Source of the DNA: Basidiobolus ranarum
Taxonomy: Eukaryota
Direction of reading: 5' to 3'
Length of the DNA: 45,315 bases
Assembly (NCBI GenBank): GCA_040143965.1
Contig: JASJQH010000026.1
Span: 1 to 45,315, forward strand
A program made the position numbers and the translations under genes. The notes below the pieces were generated by a model. That model had not been told where the DNA came from and searched no databases. It saw only the letters and a program-made list of their open reading frames with translations. Positions within the stretch are counted from its first letter, which is position 1, and each line of letters begins with the position of its first letter. Positions 11,130-23,406 of the stretch are shown piece by piece.

Positions 11130-14100
11130 TTAGTCGGCCCACTGATGTGCGATTGACTTGAGAGCATTTTGTGTTCTTGGGTTATCAATAGATCCTAATT
11201 TCCACAAGAATGCGAAGTCACTTTGCGCTGCTAAAGCTGTTTCATTTTGGATACTAGTGACAGCTTGTTTGGAATGCTGATTCTCTTCAAACTTCTTGGC
11301 TGCCTCCTCAGCTTTGTCTACAATAGCTCTAGGCACACCAGCCATATTGGCAACATTCATACCGTAACTCTTTGGACAAGATCCTTCTTGAAGTTTATAA
11401 AGAAAAGTGACTTCTTTCCGCTCCTCATCAACTTGACAACTCATATGCATTAAAGTGATGTTTTTTGTTTTTTCCATTTCCGTCGTCAGCATGCCATAAT
11501 GTGTAGAGAAAAGTCCAAGGCAACCAACATAAGTTGCCAAGTAATGAAGTACAGAGTAGGCAATAGCATATCCATCAAATGTACTAGTACCACGACCCAA
11601 TTCGTCTAAGATGACCATAGATCTTGGCGTAGCTTCACGCAGAATTTTAGAGGTTTCACTAAGCTCTACCATGAAGGTGGATTGTCCAGCAAGAATATTG
11701 TCATTGGCACCAATACGCGTGAAAATTCGATCGAATGTAGTCATACGGCAACGACGTGCAGGGACATAACATCCTAATTGAGCCATGATTATAGCGACAC
11801 AAGTTTGTCTCAACAAGGTAGATTTACCACCCATGTTAGGGCCTGTTAGTAGAATGATGTTGGATTTGGAACCTCCAAGGTAAGTATCGTTTGGTATGAA
11901 GTCGGTAGCTACACCAGGAATAACACATGGATGGCGAAGTTCTTCAAATTCCAAGATGCTTTCGGGGCTATCCACAAACTCTGGCCGTGAGTATGGCTCA
12001 CCTAATGAGATGGAGCTCTTCGCTAGACTGAATAAACAATCTAGCTCCGCAATGACGCTAACTGCCTTATTCCACTGAGGGTAATTGGTGTCGAACTTTT
12101 GATACATTCTGCTTTGGATGTTACTGAGGATATTGTTACGGGTTTCCTGTGCTTCATTCAAAGATTGAACCAAGGATTTCGTCGTGGTATTCCAGTAGCG
12201 ATTCACGGCTTTAGTCTGGGAAAGTTTGATCCAATTGTCAGGAACTTTGATGTTTTTGGGAACTTCGATCTGGTAGAGCTCCTTTCCAAGATCTTTGTAT
12301 TCAACTTTAGGGCAATTTAGTTTTTTCCTACAGTCCTTCAAGTGGAAGGCAAATTGACTTTCGATTTCTTGGAGTTGCTTAACGACTTCATCATAATCAT
12401 CTTCTACTCCAAGATGAGGAATCACATTGCCTTCTTTTTCTGCTACCTCATGATCAAATGCTTCGTTAAAATATTTGATTCTTTCGGTGAGATCAGGATA
12501 GGAATTCAATAAATATATCAATCTCTTGGAGGTGAAATTGGTTGACTTCTGCTTCATTTTGTTCATCACTTCGTTGATTGCTTCAAATGAATGGAGCACG
12601 CTCAGTAGCTCTTTGAGTTTACAAGTACCAGCATGGATACGACTAATGATACGCTCGAGATCAGGGAGAGATGAGAAAATGACTGAAAGTTCATCTTGTA
12701 ATTCGAAATCCGTGTTAATAGTTTCAATGGCGTCTAAACGTTCGTTAATCTGCTCAGCAGAGCGAAGTGGATGGCATAGCCACTTTTTGAAAAGTCTTTT
12801 CCCGAAAGGAGTGGAGCATCTATTCAAGAGTTTAAATACGGTTCCTTCTTCACCGCCATCAAAACTATTTTCGAAAATCTCCAGATTAACTAGAGTTTGT
12901 CCATCCAAGATCAATGATGTAGTTTGATGGATGGGATCGTAGGCATGTATATTTTTGAGGGATAGTAGTTCCTTATCAAGCTTAAGTGAACGAAGATACC
13001 ATGTCAAGCCACCAAGGGCGGATATGGCCAGATGTTTGTCCTGGAATGTCAGAAGTGCGGCAGGCCACTTGCCGGTATCTTGATCTACTGATGATTTATT
13101 TTCCTCGCCAGTTTGATCAAAGTAGCCGCCACGGCGCAATGCGTCCATTGTTGTAACGCTATCCCAAAACTCTGTTTCGGGAGTAAGATAATTCCATACT
13201 GGAGCATTTACGGAGTTCTTAAGCACTTTTAAGGTACGTGGGCTAATCCCACCTTTTTCTAGGATCACCTCCTTCGGTTTGATTTGAAGAACCAACGTTT
13301 CGAATCGAGTTCTTTCGAGATCGTCTTCAAAAGAGCAGATGTAGAATGCTGCGGTAGCAGTATCAACGAAGCAAATACCTAAAGAAGGTAATGAGCTATC
13401 ACCGGTACACTCCTCTTTGATGGCCATACAATACGTAGACATCTCGTTATTTAAAAGTCCGGAATCAACCAGTGTACCAACTGTTAAAATACTAGAGAGT
13501 TCGCGTCGTATAATCTTCTCTTCTTTCTTTTGACTGGTACGCTCACGCATAGTTTTACCAAGGGCCGTTTCCATTTGCTCCACTTTAGCAACCTTATACC
13601 CTTTAGCGAGAAATTGAGAGGCCCAATGGTGAAATGAAGATTCGGGGACTCCAACCATACGCATATTAACTCTGTCGGTCATTTTCAAGTCGAATTCCTG
13701 ATGTCCAATGTCAGCATCTTTTTCGTAGAGTTCGTAGAATTTCCCTTTTTTGAAAAAAACAACAGTATCAAAATGTTTCGATTTGATTTCCCAAAATTGC
13801 TTCTCGAATGGAGTGAAGACATTCCAAGCGGACGATGGTACTTTTAAAGTACGAGGGTCGTAATCAGGATGGCCTACTGGGTTTCCGTTGGCATCTTGAA
13901 CATTGACCAACCAGTGATATCTGGTCTCGTTCTTTTCTTTTTTCTTGTCGCTACGCATAGGACTGGCCTTAGAAGGTGAGTCGAGAAAACTGGCGGCACG
14001 ACGTCCACAGGAAGGCGACATGAACTGTTGGAATTTAGCTTTAGTAGTTCTAGGAGTAGTAGGCGTGCGAGGAATAATGGTAGTGATTTTTTTCGAGTCT

Positions 14101-14612
14101 TCAATGGACTCTGGGCTAGAAACTATATCAGCATCCATTTGTGGATCAGGTTCAGGCTCGGATTCTTGTTCTTCTGGTTTGAAAGTATCTTCGTCGTCAG
14201 AGTTGACAATTCTTCGAAGTTTACGAGATGAGCCTCTTGGAGTCGATACTTTGATAGCCTGAACTTCCTTATCCTCTTCGTCAGATTCGTAGTAGGTTAC
14301 CCTTCTTTTGGTTCGTGACAAGGATGCAAGAGGTACCTCCTCATCTATATCCATATCATTAGCAGTTTTACTGGGTACTTTCCCGACTGGACTTGAGTTT
14401 TGGGTGCTAGGAGAAGAATCCGTATTACTCTTTGAACGAGGTACAATACTTTCGGGTAAGGATTCCTTGATTTCAGCTGAGATCACCTTGTCTTGAGCAG
14501 GCTCACATTCTGAGATAACAGAAGGGATTTTATCGGAGGACTTGGATTCCTTTGCAGGTGTCTTGAAAAAAGAAAACAGTGTTCTCTGAGTTTTGGGTGT
14601 TCGGTTACTCAT
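11130..14612 (-). CDS. MSH6: DNA mismatch repair protein Msh6 (MutS-alpha subunit)
   Basis: Intronless 1160-aa ORF with an N-terminal PIP box (QRTLFSFF), YDPRTL, the mismatch-binding motif FFKKGKFYELYE, Walker A TGPNMGGKST, STFMVELSET, DELGRGTST, and a C-terminal HTH (KSYGMNVA). Confidence 0.97.
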   Translation of the reverse strand: MSNRTPKTQRTLFSFFKTPAKESKSSDKIPSVISECEPAQDKVISAEIKESLPESIVPRSKSNTDSSPSTQNSSPVGKVPSKTANDMDIDEEVPLASLSRTKRRVTYYESDEEDKEVQAIKVSTPRGSSRKLRRIVNSDDEDTFKPEEQESEPEPDPQMDADIVSSPESIEDSKKITTIIPRTPTTPRTTKAKFQQFMSPSCGRRAASFLDSPSKASPMRSDKKKEKNETRYHWLVNVQDANGNPVGHPDYDPRTLKVPSSAWNVFTPFEKQFWEIKSKHFDTVVFFKKGKFYELYEKDADIGHQEFDLKMTDRVNMRMVGVPESSFHHWASQFLAKGYKVAKVEQMETALGKTMRERTSQKKEEKIIRRELSSILTVGTLVDSGLLNNEMSTYCMAIKEECTGDSSLPSLGICFVDTATAAFYICSFEDDLERTRFETLVLQIKPKEVILEKGGISPRTLKVLKNSVNAPVWNYLTPETEFWDSVTTMDALRRGGYFDQTGEENKSSVDQDTGKWPAALLTFQDKHLAISALGGLTWYLRSLKLDKELLSLKNIHAYDPIHQTTSLILDGQTLVNLEIFENSFDGGEEGTVFKLLNRCSTPFGKRLFKKWLCHPLRSAEQINERLDAIETINTDFELQDELSVIFSSLPDLERIISRIHAGTCKLKELLSVLHSFEAINEVMNKMKQKSTNFTSKRLIYLLNSYPDLTERIKYFNEAFDHEVAEKEGNVIPHLGVEDDYDEVVKQLQEIESQFAFHLKDCRKKLNCPKVEYKDLGKELYQIEVPKNIKVPDNWIKLSQTKAVNRYWNTTTKSLVQSLNEAQETRNNILSNIQSRMYQKFDTNYPQWNKAVSVIAELDCLFSLAKSSISLGEPYSRPEFVDSPESILEFEELRHPCVIPGVATDFIPNDTYLGGSKSNIILLTGPNMGGKSTLLRQTCVAIIMAQLGCYVPARRCRMTTFDRIFTRIGANDNILAGQSTFMVELSETSKILREATPRSMVILDELGRGTSTFDGYAIAYSVLHYLATYVGCLGLFSTHYGMLTTEMEKTKNITLMHMSCQVDEERKEVTFLYKLQEGSCPKSYGMNVANMAGVPRAIVDKAEEAAKKFEENQHSKQAVTSIQNETALAAQSDFAFLWKLGSIDNPRTQNALKSIAHQWAD

Positions 14613-15185
14613 TGTGTCAACTAATATGCTGAACCGTGAAGTTGAATGAAGAGTTCCTAAATTGTATGATGACTTTTACCTTATTATCTTTATGTTTTGA
14701 AGACTTGAGAAATGTATTTTTTGTTTTGATTTTAAAATCATGATCAGACACGACTATGTTTATTTAGAGTGGTTATCAACCATTGGCCAGAAATTCGATG
14801 AATTGCGGTAATGAGGATTTAACTACAATTAAATCGTCGACAAATGGTTGTAGATAAATGCACTATCAATGCCGGTCAATATAAATCAGATCAATTAATA
14901 ATCAAACGACTTGTGTTCTCTGTCCCTTGATCAGTCATTTTACGCCCAAGAGTCAAACTACACGGACCTAGTTTATTGAGACGATAGATTGTGAAGTAGA
15001 GGACTCGGACTAGTTTTCCAAATGACAAAATAAAAAGCAGCGATGTATAGATTGCTGAACCAAATGTATCTATGAAGTAGGCAAGGTAGAAAGGCTAATA
15101 CGTTAAGGGGTAAAATACAACATTGAGAAAGGCAACATTAATAATCCGCACCGACGTGAGAACTTGAAGCAGTCTTCGGAACGGG

Positions 15186-16943
15186 TTACTGCAGCAACTC
15201 TTTGATTTCTATAGTTCAAAAGGTATTAGCACATACATGTATTTACAAGATAAAAAAAGCATCAAATTTATTGGCAGTATACTTACTTTGCTTGACCTCC
15301 TCAGTTAAAGAAGTTGGGAATTGAACCGAGTACTCCACAAATAGGTCGCCCTTTTCCTTCGAATAATTTGGATGAGGCATGCCTTGTTCAGTAAGTGTCT
15401 GGACAAAACCTGATATAGAGTGGTAGTTTTAGTTCATATACTTTGGCTGTGGTAAAGTCAATTAGATGTGGCTAAAAACGAACCTGAAGGGGTAACTCCA
15501 TCGCGTTTCAAAGTGATAGGAGCACCGTCCAAATGATCGATTGTCTTCTCAAAGCCTGTAAGAGCCTATAAGTGATCACAACAGCTTAGTTACTACGACA
15601 TCTACTGGGGAAAGTATCACGATAGACACTTACCTCCACAAGGGTGATGCTCTCTTTGGCGTACAGGTCATGTCCTTGACGCGTGAACCTCTCATGAGGA
15701 GCAGTACGAATAGTAAAAACGACATCTCCAGGGGTAATATCAGGATGTTGATCACCCTCTTTCTCGTACACCTATATCAATTACAATTAAATGGCAATCA
15801 CAAGCATAAAAAAGAATCCTTTAAACTTACAAGTTGATGATTATCAGCAGTACCCTTTTGAACAATAACAGTGATTTGCTCATATCCACGTTCGACCTTA
15901 TTACCGTGACAATGAGGACATTGGGTCTTGATGACTTTACCCTTGCCATGACAGACATCACATCTAGAGAATTGATAGAATTCTTTTTTAGACAAGCCCA
16001 CGAAGCATACAATAATATATATAACCGTGTAGTGAACTTACTCAGTCTGCATGATTTGAATGGCAGGCCCAAATTGTTGACGAATTGTTCGAATACCACG
16101 ACCATTGCATGTTGAGCATACTTGAACATCAGAAGGATCTTTAGCACCAGAGCCATGGCAATGATGGCACACTACTTGTTTGGCAATATCGATCTAAGCA
16201 ATCGAGGTAAATGGCTTGTTCAAACAGAATCGAGAATGAACCAAAATAATCACCTCTAAATCAACACCAAGATACAAATCCTTTAGGTCAACTTCCAAAT
16301 CCATATTAATAGAGGGGCCTTTTCTCTCCGGAGGTTGGAAGAATTCTTCAGAGGGAATGGAATGGATCAGTCACCACATTAGAATACAAAAATCCGAACG
16401 GTTAAGACTTACCATCGTGGTTGTTACGAGAACCGCTGCCACCAAAAAACCTATTCAAATGAAAGTGTGTTTCCAAAGTCAGAATTACACTATCCTATTT
16501 ACACTAGCGAAGTGAAGCACTTACTGAGAAAAGAAATCAAATGGGTTATGAGAACCGCCTCCCTGTTGTCCTTGCTTTAAACCCTCTTCTCCATATCTAT
16601 CATAAATTCTTCTCTTTTCGTCGTCACTTAATGCCTCGTAAGCTAGATATGATAGAAGTTATATTTATCCACCGAGTGATGAATAATAATGTAAGCGGAC
16701 CAACATACCTTCATTTAATTCCATAAATTTCTTCGAGGCTTCTTTGTCGCCTGGGTTTTTGTCAGGATGATATTGTTTGGAAAGCTTACGATAAGCCTTC
16801 TTTACTTGATGCAATGTAGCGTCTCGAGAAACTCCAAGTACCGAATAATAATCAGCTCCGGCTTGAACAACAACAAGTAAAATCGACACAGTAAACACTG
16901 AAAGAGCCACCAGAGTAGCGGGTGAAAAGTGGGACAACCGCAT
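15186..16943 (-). CDS. SCJ1: ER-luminal type I DnaJ/Hsp40 co-chaperone (Scj1-like)
   Basis: Multi-exon gene with a signal peptide, a J domain with HPD (YHPDKNPGD), a G/F region, four CxxCxGxG-type repeats ([32 protein letters not shown]) and DnaJ C-terminal domains ([18 protein letters not shown]). The last exon ends KIKELLQ-TAA at 15186. Confidence 0.88.
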
Positions 16944-17456
16944 AATTTAATAGTTAACTTTGGATATCACTATTGAATAGATAAATCAGTGTGAGCAAAG
17001 AGTAACTGTACGGTCAATAATAATAATCAGCCTTTACCAGAAGGTCTCTTGGCTCTCAAATGTCCTATATCTTTTGGCGTTATCTTACTAGTGAGAACTG
17101 ACGCTAACCAATTGCTCTAACAAATCCATATAACCCATTGAACCTTTTGCTTTTGTGCTCCCAAGATGAATCCACATTAAGAAAGATTTGGCAAACGCCG
17201 ATTGGTCAGTCATGTGGTCAACCAAACAGACCAGGCCAACACTGCTCAGAATTATTGTAGATTACCGAACAGACTGCTTTTGTTCACCACTAGTATTTGC
17301 ATGTACTCCTGGATTTGTGCTATCGACTGTTTATAATTATATTTTAATTGGTTTGCTTAGTTCCATGCTGGAAGGCGACCTTTATTTTTTATGGTATTTA
17401 TAAATAATACACACCAAATTATATACAAAATCCTCTATTTAGAGAATAAACAAAAT

Positions 17457-19443
17457 CTATATGCATAGTTCATCGATTTGCGTTGATGGCAGTGGTCTAA
17501 CTCGTTTCGCGTTTACTGCCGACGTATGAACCATAGTATTTGAGACTAGTTTATGGTTTTCAGTTTGGTGTTTATGATTTAGAAGCCTGCCTTTATCTTG
17601 AGTGGAGATGCGTACAGGGGGTACAACCCAAAATTTTCCCACACCGTTTCCAGCATTCATACGTCGAGATCGAGTAGGAACATTAGATTTTGAAGTAATG
17701 TTACGAAGAGGATTTCTTTCCCTAGATGCGGTCTTAGTCTTGGACTTTTTGAGGATATTTGGAGAGTACTCCTCATCGCTATGGTTTTGGTTCGAGATCT
17801 TCCGTTTAGCTCCAAAGATACTTTTCTCAAGTCTCTTGTTTAGACTACTTTCCGCTTTAGAAAGAAGTTTTCTTTTGTCTTTATTGGAGACCCCAGCAAT
17901 TTGCCGAGGACATGATAGACCGTAAGCGAAAGATTGCTGATTAGGGATGTTTTTTATCCTCTCGATTGGTTCCAGCGAGGTTTTGGAGAAACTCCTTTGA
18001 TTAGACACGCATTGTTTCTCCAATTCTCTTACTACTTCGGTTAGTTGCGATACGGTAGGACATGTGTCTAAATCGGATTCTTGACGAATTTCATCATATC
18101 GACTAAGCGAACAATTAACAATATCCATCGCTAATGAATGTAAATTGAACTTTTGACAAGTGCGCCCCAAAGCCAGTAAATTTTGATGAGTTTTGTAAGA
18201 GAGAATGATTATATCAAGGTTGACACGACCACTTCCAAAGAGAAGTTTACGAATCTGATTGACCCAGTATTTGGTATTGAGTTTAGGTTGAGATCCACTA
18301 TGAACGAACGAATAATTCAACAACACTAAATCCAAAGCTAGACAACATGAAGTGAAAGCAGGTATTCGTGCTTGTGTCAACTCGTTCGTTAGCTGCGCAA
18401 TCAAGGTGCCACAATGCTCAGTTTGAGTAGAGTGAGATGTATCTTGATCATCTTGAATGGACATAAATTTGGCAACAATGGTAGAAGTCCATTGTTGAAT
18501 GCGCATCTGAACTAATGCATCTTTGGCAACTGACCTTCCGACTTTTGTTCTTTGGATCAATGATTTCCATGCAATTGTCAATAATCGAATAACATGATGT
18601 GAGGAAGATATCTTCTCAACATACTCAGTGAACCCCGAACACAAGTACTGTTCGATGGACATGGTTTGATCTAGTTTGTCAATTAACCGATTGACACAAC
18701 CGTGGTTCACAGACATCGTGTAGGCAAAATGAAACTCTTGATGTAATCCCAGTGGGCGTAACTCAGTTAAATAATCCAGTAACTCAATTACCTATAATGA
18801 TGAGGATATCAATAAAGGTGATCCACATTTACAGAAATGTAGACTCTGAGCTCACCTGAAGAGTTAATTTACGTTCACAATAAACTTCCACTAGTATTCG
18901 ATAGAAATTATACGACCTAACATATTGTTTACACTCCTGAACGAGATGTGCCACTAGAACATCTCGTCGGAAGTGACCTGGTATCATTTCATAATATTTT
19001 TCCCTTCTTTTGTGACATTTTTCCTTTCCTAGGTGTTTACCGAGAACTTGTGAAGCAAAGACACCCAAGCTCGGAGGCCCGAAATTGGCCCCGGGTTTCT
19101 CTCTCGTTGATTTGGGCCACAGTTTGACTAACAAATGTCTGTAAGCCTCGACTAAAGACGCTTCATGTTTTATGATGGTCGTTTCAAAAGGTCCTCCAGT
19201 GTTAAGACTATAAGAGTTATAACCTGACCTTTTACTCTTTTTATCATAAGCTGCCATATCACTATATGTTGTACTCGTCTCCCCTGAAATATATGCAGCA
19301 AAAGCACTTGGTGAAGACTTTGCGTGATTAATAATGGCGTTAAGTTTGGAACGATAAGAACGCAACATTTTGTGCATTTTCGATAGTTCCAAGGTGTAGG
19401 TGATGTCAACGTATCTAGGGGATTTCTCCGTGAAGAGTTTCAT
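17457..19443 (-). CDS. Hypothetical protein (~640 aa, two exons); helical N-terminal part and basic low-complexity C-terminus
   Basis: ORFs 18829-19443 and 17457-18716 join in frame via an intron at ~18855-18792 (CAG|GTGAGC ... TTATAG|GTA). No family motif recognised. Confidence 0.7.
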
Positions 19444-19949
19444 CTTTTAGACTTTGGTTGTTCACGAATAAAGACGAGTACTTTTACTAAACTGAGAACT
19501 GTGACAGTTAACAATTAATTCGAAGACTTCGTTAGAGTATAAACCATCATCCCTTTACTCGTATTGATTATGGTGTATTCATTGTCCAATGAAAGTGATT
19601 CTAGTGGATAATTCGATGTTGATCATGAGTATAAGGGTGTCGTATATATGGATCATAAAAGTTTTTTTATTTTCTATCCGCTACGATTGGTTCGATTAGA
19701 AGTAAACAATCTCGATGTTTGGTTTCAAGAAATAAAAAAACATCGAATCCGAATCTGTAGGTATAAATAATAAATATTCAGGCATGAGATATTCAAGAAT
19801 GAAGTGGAAGTGAATGAAAAGTTATATGTATACAAAGGTGTGGGTGAATATATAGGTAGTAGAGGAATTCAGAGTAAACATGGAGTGGGGAATGTATTTT
19901 ACGATAGTTGATCTCTCCAATTGCATGTTGGGAAATAAGTCCAAACTAT

Positions 19950-22000
19950 TTAGTGACGATGAAAGCAGTTGTTGCAGTTATCTTTTTTGAATACATTAGG
20001 TGTGTATTCTTCGCAACCACAATGATCACATGGTCCTATTTCATCCCCTTGATTAATTGAGCTCTCAGTGCGATGGGTACGAGGTTTAGCAATAGCCGGT
20101 CTGCATACGGAAGGTGCTTGTTTGGGGGCATTCATAGCTCTATTCAGGTTGTTGGCCGAGGCCATTCGAGGTATGGATTTTGGTGCAGCCACAGTAGACT
20201 GACTGCGGGGACGAGGAGGTGGGGGTGCTTTTCTACGACTGGGAGCTTCTAAAGATTCTGGAGTTTGCGTATTCATGCTGGCACTTTCATAGTCGACTGA
20301 AGACGAGTAATTGTTGCTATTGTATTGTCTTTTAGGAAGAGGGGGCTGTTGCTGTTGGGGTTCCATAAAGATCTCTTCTACGTAGTTTGAAGGAAACATG
20401 CCAACTCTTTTACCATTATCATCAACAGTTTCCCCAACCCACCAGCCGTCATCAATCTCCTCAATCACAGTGACAATATCCCCTTTGCGAACAGATAACT
20501 CCTCCTTTGTTTCTCCATCAAATCCATATAATACGCGTACTTGTTTTCTACTGGTGATATTGGGTAGTGTTGTTGAACGTCTTAACGGTGGCATGGATTC
20601 GGGAGGAGATGCTCTATTGGTAGCTCTAGCGAAGGTGTTTGATCTTTGCAATGAGCTTGGGTTAGGGGTGTAGTCATTGTAGCCACTGTTGCTCCTTGGC
20701 ATGTCAAAGTATGAGTTATTGTTTCCACATAAGCTTTCAGGAGTTCTCGGGGCTTGATCGTAGCTACTGTAGTTATTTTCATAGGTATCGCAGTCATCAT
20801 GACCGCTGGAGCCTGTGGAATGGTAAGATCTGGCACGATAGGTAGATCCATTGGATTCACCACGAGCACCAAAGCTCTGTTTTCTATGAACCGTTTTAGT
20901 GGAGTAGTATTCCTTGAACGCTCTTTCATCGAAAGCGTCTTTGATTGAAGAAATGATCTCTACCCCTCGTTGGAAGTAAGCAAGTTGGGATTCGTAGAAA
21001 CTATACAAATCTTTCATGCTGAGCTCCTATGAAAATCACACGTTAAGCAATGATCGGCGAAATATTAAGTACTACGTTGAACAAACCTCGTTATTACCAA
21101 TATCGACCATTCTCGAGTGCACGTCGTCCATCGTCTCATGAAACTTCATCTCCGCTGTTCTCATTTGATCCTCTAGCTCTGGTTTATCTTTCTTGGTTTT
21201 TTGTACCGTGTTCAGCTTAGCATTGTAATCCAATCTACGAGATTCAAGTTTCTTACGTGATTGCTGATGGCAAAGCAGATTAGTTATGATATTCACGTCA
21301 ACAGTATAGTAATATGGTGGTACTTGTAATTCTTTCATATCTGTGAGTGTTCTCTCCAACCCATTAACATAGTCTTGTCGGAATCGCATAGCCTAAGGTA
21401 GATAAACTTTCGTTAAGATCCAAACGACTCTGGAGTTATATATGAATCAATTCTTACAAACTCCATCTGGGCACTGGCTAACTGCTCTTGAACTTCACCG
21501 ACTTTTATCATGGCTTTGCCTATTAACACACAAATGTTAATAAAGAATATCTAAAGTATTCAGTATCCTAGAATGGCTCACCATATGGCGATTCTCTAGG
21601 TAGTAACTGGCCATGAGCAACCATAGCATGTCCTAAAGCAAGGACTGGAACGATCTTATTCTTTTCGTCGGCGATTTTCTTCTTTTTTTCTGTGAATTTA
21701 ACTGAATTAAAACCAGGTTTTCACCTGAATAAGAATGGTTAGAAACGTACCAAGGGTATTGAGGTACATCTCGGAAGTAGTATAGAGTCTTTCAAAGTTC
21801 TCTCTTTTAGTATCCGTTTCCTGCTCAAGTTTCTGAAATTCATCACTGCATTCAGTCTTTGTGGCTTTACCGAGTTTTTCACCGGTCCACTGCCAAGTAC
21901 AGAGAAGGGAGTAAGTAATGGTTATATTGGAATAAGTTTCGCACTAATATCCTTCTACCTGTTTGAATTTACCAAGGTTTTTACCGATAGCAGCTGCCAT
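19950..22000 (-). CDS. Endophilin-like N-BAR + SH3 protein (Mug137-like BAR) with a C-terminal Cys/His motif
   Basis: ATG at 22000 gives MAAAIGKNLGKFKQ|WTGEKLGKATKTECSDEFQKLEQE. BAR signature RKKLESRRLDYNAK; SH3 domain VRVLYGFDGETKEELSVRKGDIVTVIEEIDDGWWVGE...GMFPSNYVEEI; Pro-rich motifs. Several short GT-AG introns. Confidence 0.88.
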
Positions 22001-22551
22001 TGTGAGTAGATACTATAATAACGATTTTAGGAAAAGAGGGAATGCCTCACGAACTATGAGGTGGGTATATGTTGTAGGAAGGGCAAGAGCGTGAACCAGC
22101 GAGTTCTTTGAAGTCTCTGGTATAGTAAACCTCTCAAGTTTTAGATAAAAGTGGTAAAATGTTGAATGGACAATTTATACCTACGAAGGTCGGGTAACCA
22201 AGTACAAAAACGGCTATCACTACCTACAATATAGCCAAAACCTTGGGAAATTGCTTAAAGATCAATTACAATATATATGATGATCTTTACAGAGCTAGAC
22301 CTTTCTCGGTTCTCAGTTTAGCTTTAATGTCAATATTCTGGGATCAACAGGATGTCAGTTCGAATCTAAGATGATTTTATGGAGCTTATTTCTACACAAA
22401 AGGCGGTATTCGTTTATAACCAATGACCTTTTGTCAAGCTTACTAGAAATTGCACTATAACCCAATCAAGTGGTCGACTCATATAGCTTCATATGGAGGA
22501 TTTCTCACTCAGAGCCTGTATCGGTGGCTCAACTCTGCGACCTATCAAGTA

Positions 22552-22599
22552 AATAGATAATACATAATAGAATAGTGAATAGATAATACATAATGGAAT
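22552..22599. repeat. Direct duplication of a 22-nt unit (period 26)
   Basis: AATAGATAATACATAAT(A/G)GAAT at 22552 and 22578. Confidence 0.8.
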
Positions 22600-22882
22600 G
22601 CCTTCCCATAGATTTTGTATAGATGTGACTAGTCCAATCTAAATACGACGAGCTGGATATAGACAGGCGAGAGGATGACCAGTAGTCCCAATTGAAATAA
22701 AGAACTTGCTAGGTAACCTTCTCACATACACAAATCTGTATCTACCCGATTTGTTATTTGGCGAACATTAATGCAATATGTAGCCCAATTAGGACAGTGG
22801 AAGAGCATAGTTGAAACCCACGCCTATGCCCAAAAGCTCAGATAGATGACGCGTGAAGTTCGAGATTCTCTTGAAGGGGTGT

Positions 22883-22940
22883 GGATAGTACATATTAGTA
22901 TCGAGGCGGATAGTACATATTAGTATTGAGGCGGATAGTA
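22883..22940. repeat. 25-bp tandem repeat (~2.3 copies)
   Basis: GGATAGTACATATTAGTAT(C/T)GAGGC starting at 22883 and 22908, with a partial copy at 22933. Confidence 0.9.
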
Positions 22941-23406
22941 AGAACAGTCAGTACACAATGACAGTGGAGTTGTTTATACACCTATTTGGTAATAACCGGC
23001 AATAACAATCTATAAATTCTAAAAACATCGAGTGGAATTAACTGTGGTCGGACTACCATCGTCATACATACTGAAGAAGAACTGATTGAAGAGTGTAGAA
23101 GCAAAGAATGGAAACAACGAATGCTAGGTCAATAAAGTGAATTTATTTTCGATAGTTCGCTTCAACTACCGGTGGCGTGCATAAAGCGCACTTTGGCTGC
23201 CGATGAACAGAACCGTGGCTATATGAAGAGAGATTTGTCATAGAATATTTGTAGTACAACAGTAAATAGAGCGAAATGTAAAATAGTGTCCAAAAGAAAA
23301 TGTTCAGTTATGAGAATGAATTAAGAAAATATTGTCCATTGATAGATAGATAGATATGAAAATGTCCATTATAAACAACTTGATTTCGATATATATATGA
23401 AATAAA

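Noticed and set aside
15138-15188. In-frame extension after the SCJ1 stop (PVPKTASSSHVGADY), possible readthrough
   Set aside because: UAA is a tight stop, and the extension adds no ER-retention or peroxisomal signal.
22340-22375. GTTCGAATC, a T-loop/B-box-like word suggesting a tRNA
   Set aside because: No T-stem, acceptor stem or cloverleaf can be formed around it.
22883-22940. 25-bp repeats as a possible CRISPR array
   Set aside because: The copies are directly adjacent without spacers, the context is eukaryotic, and there are no cas genes.
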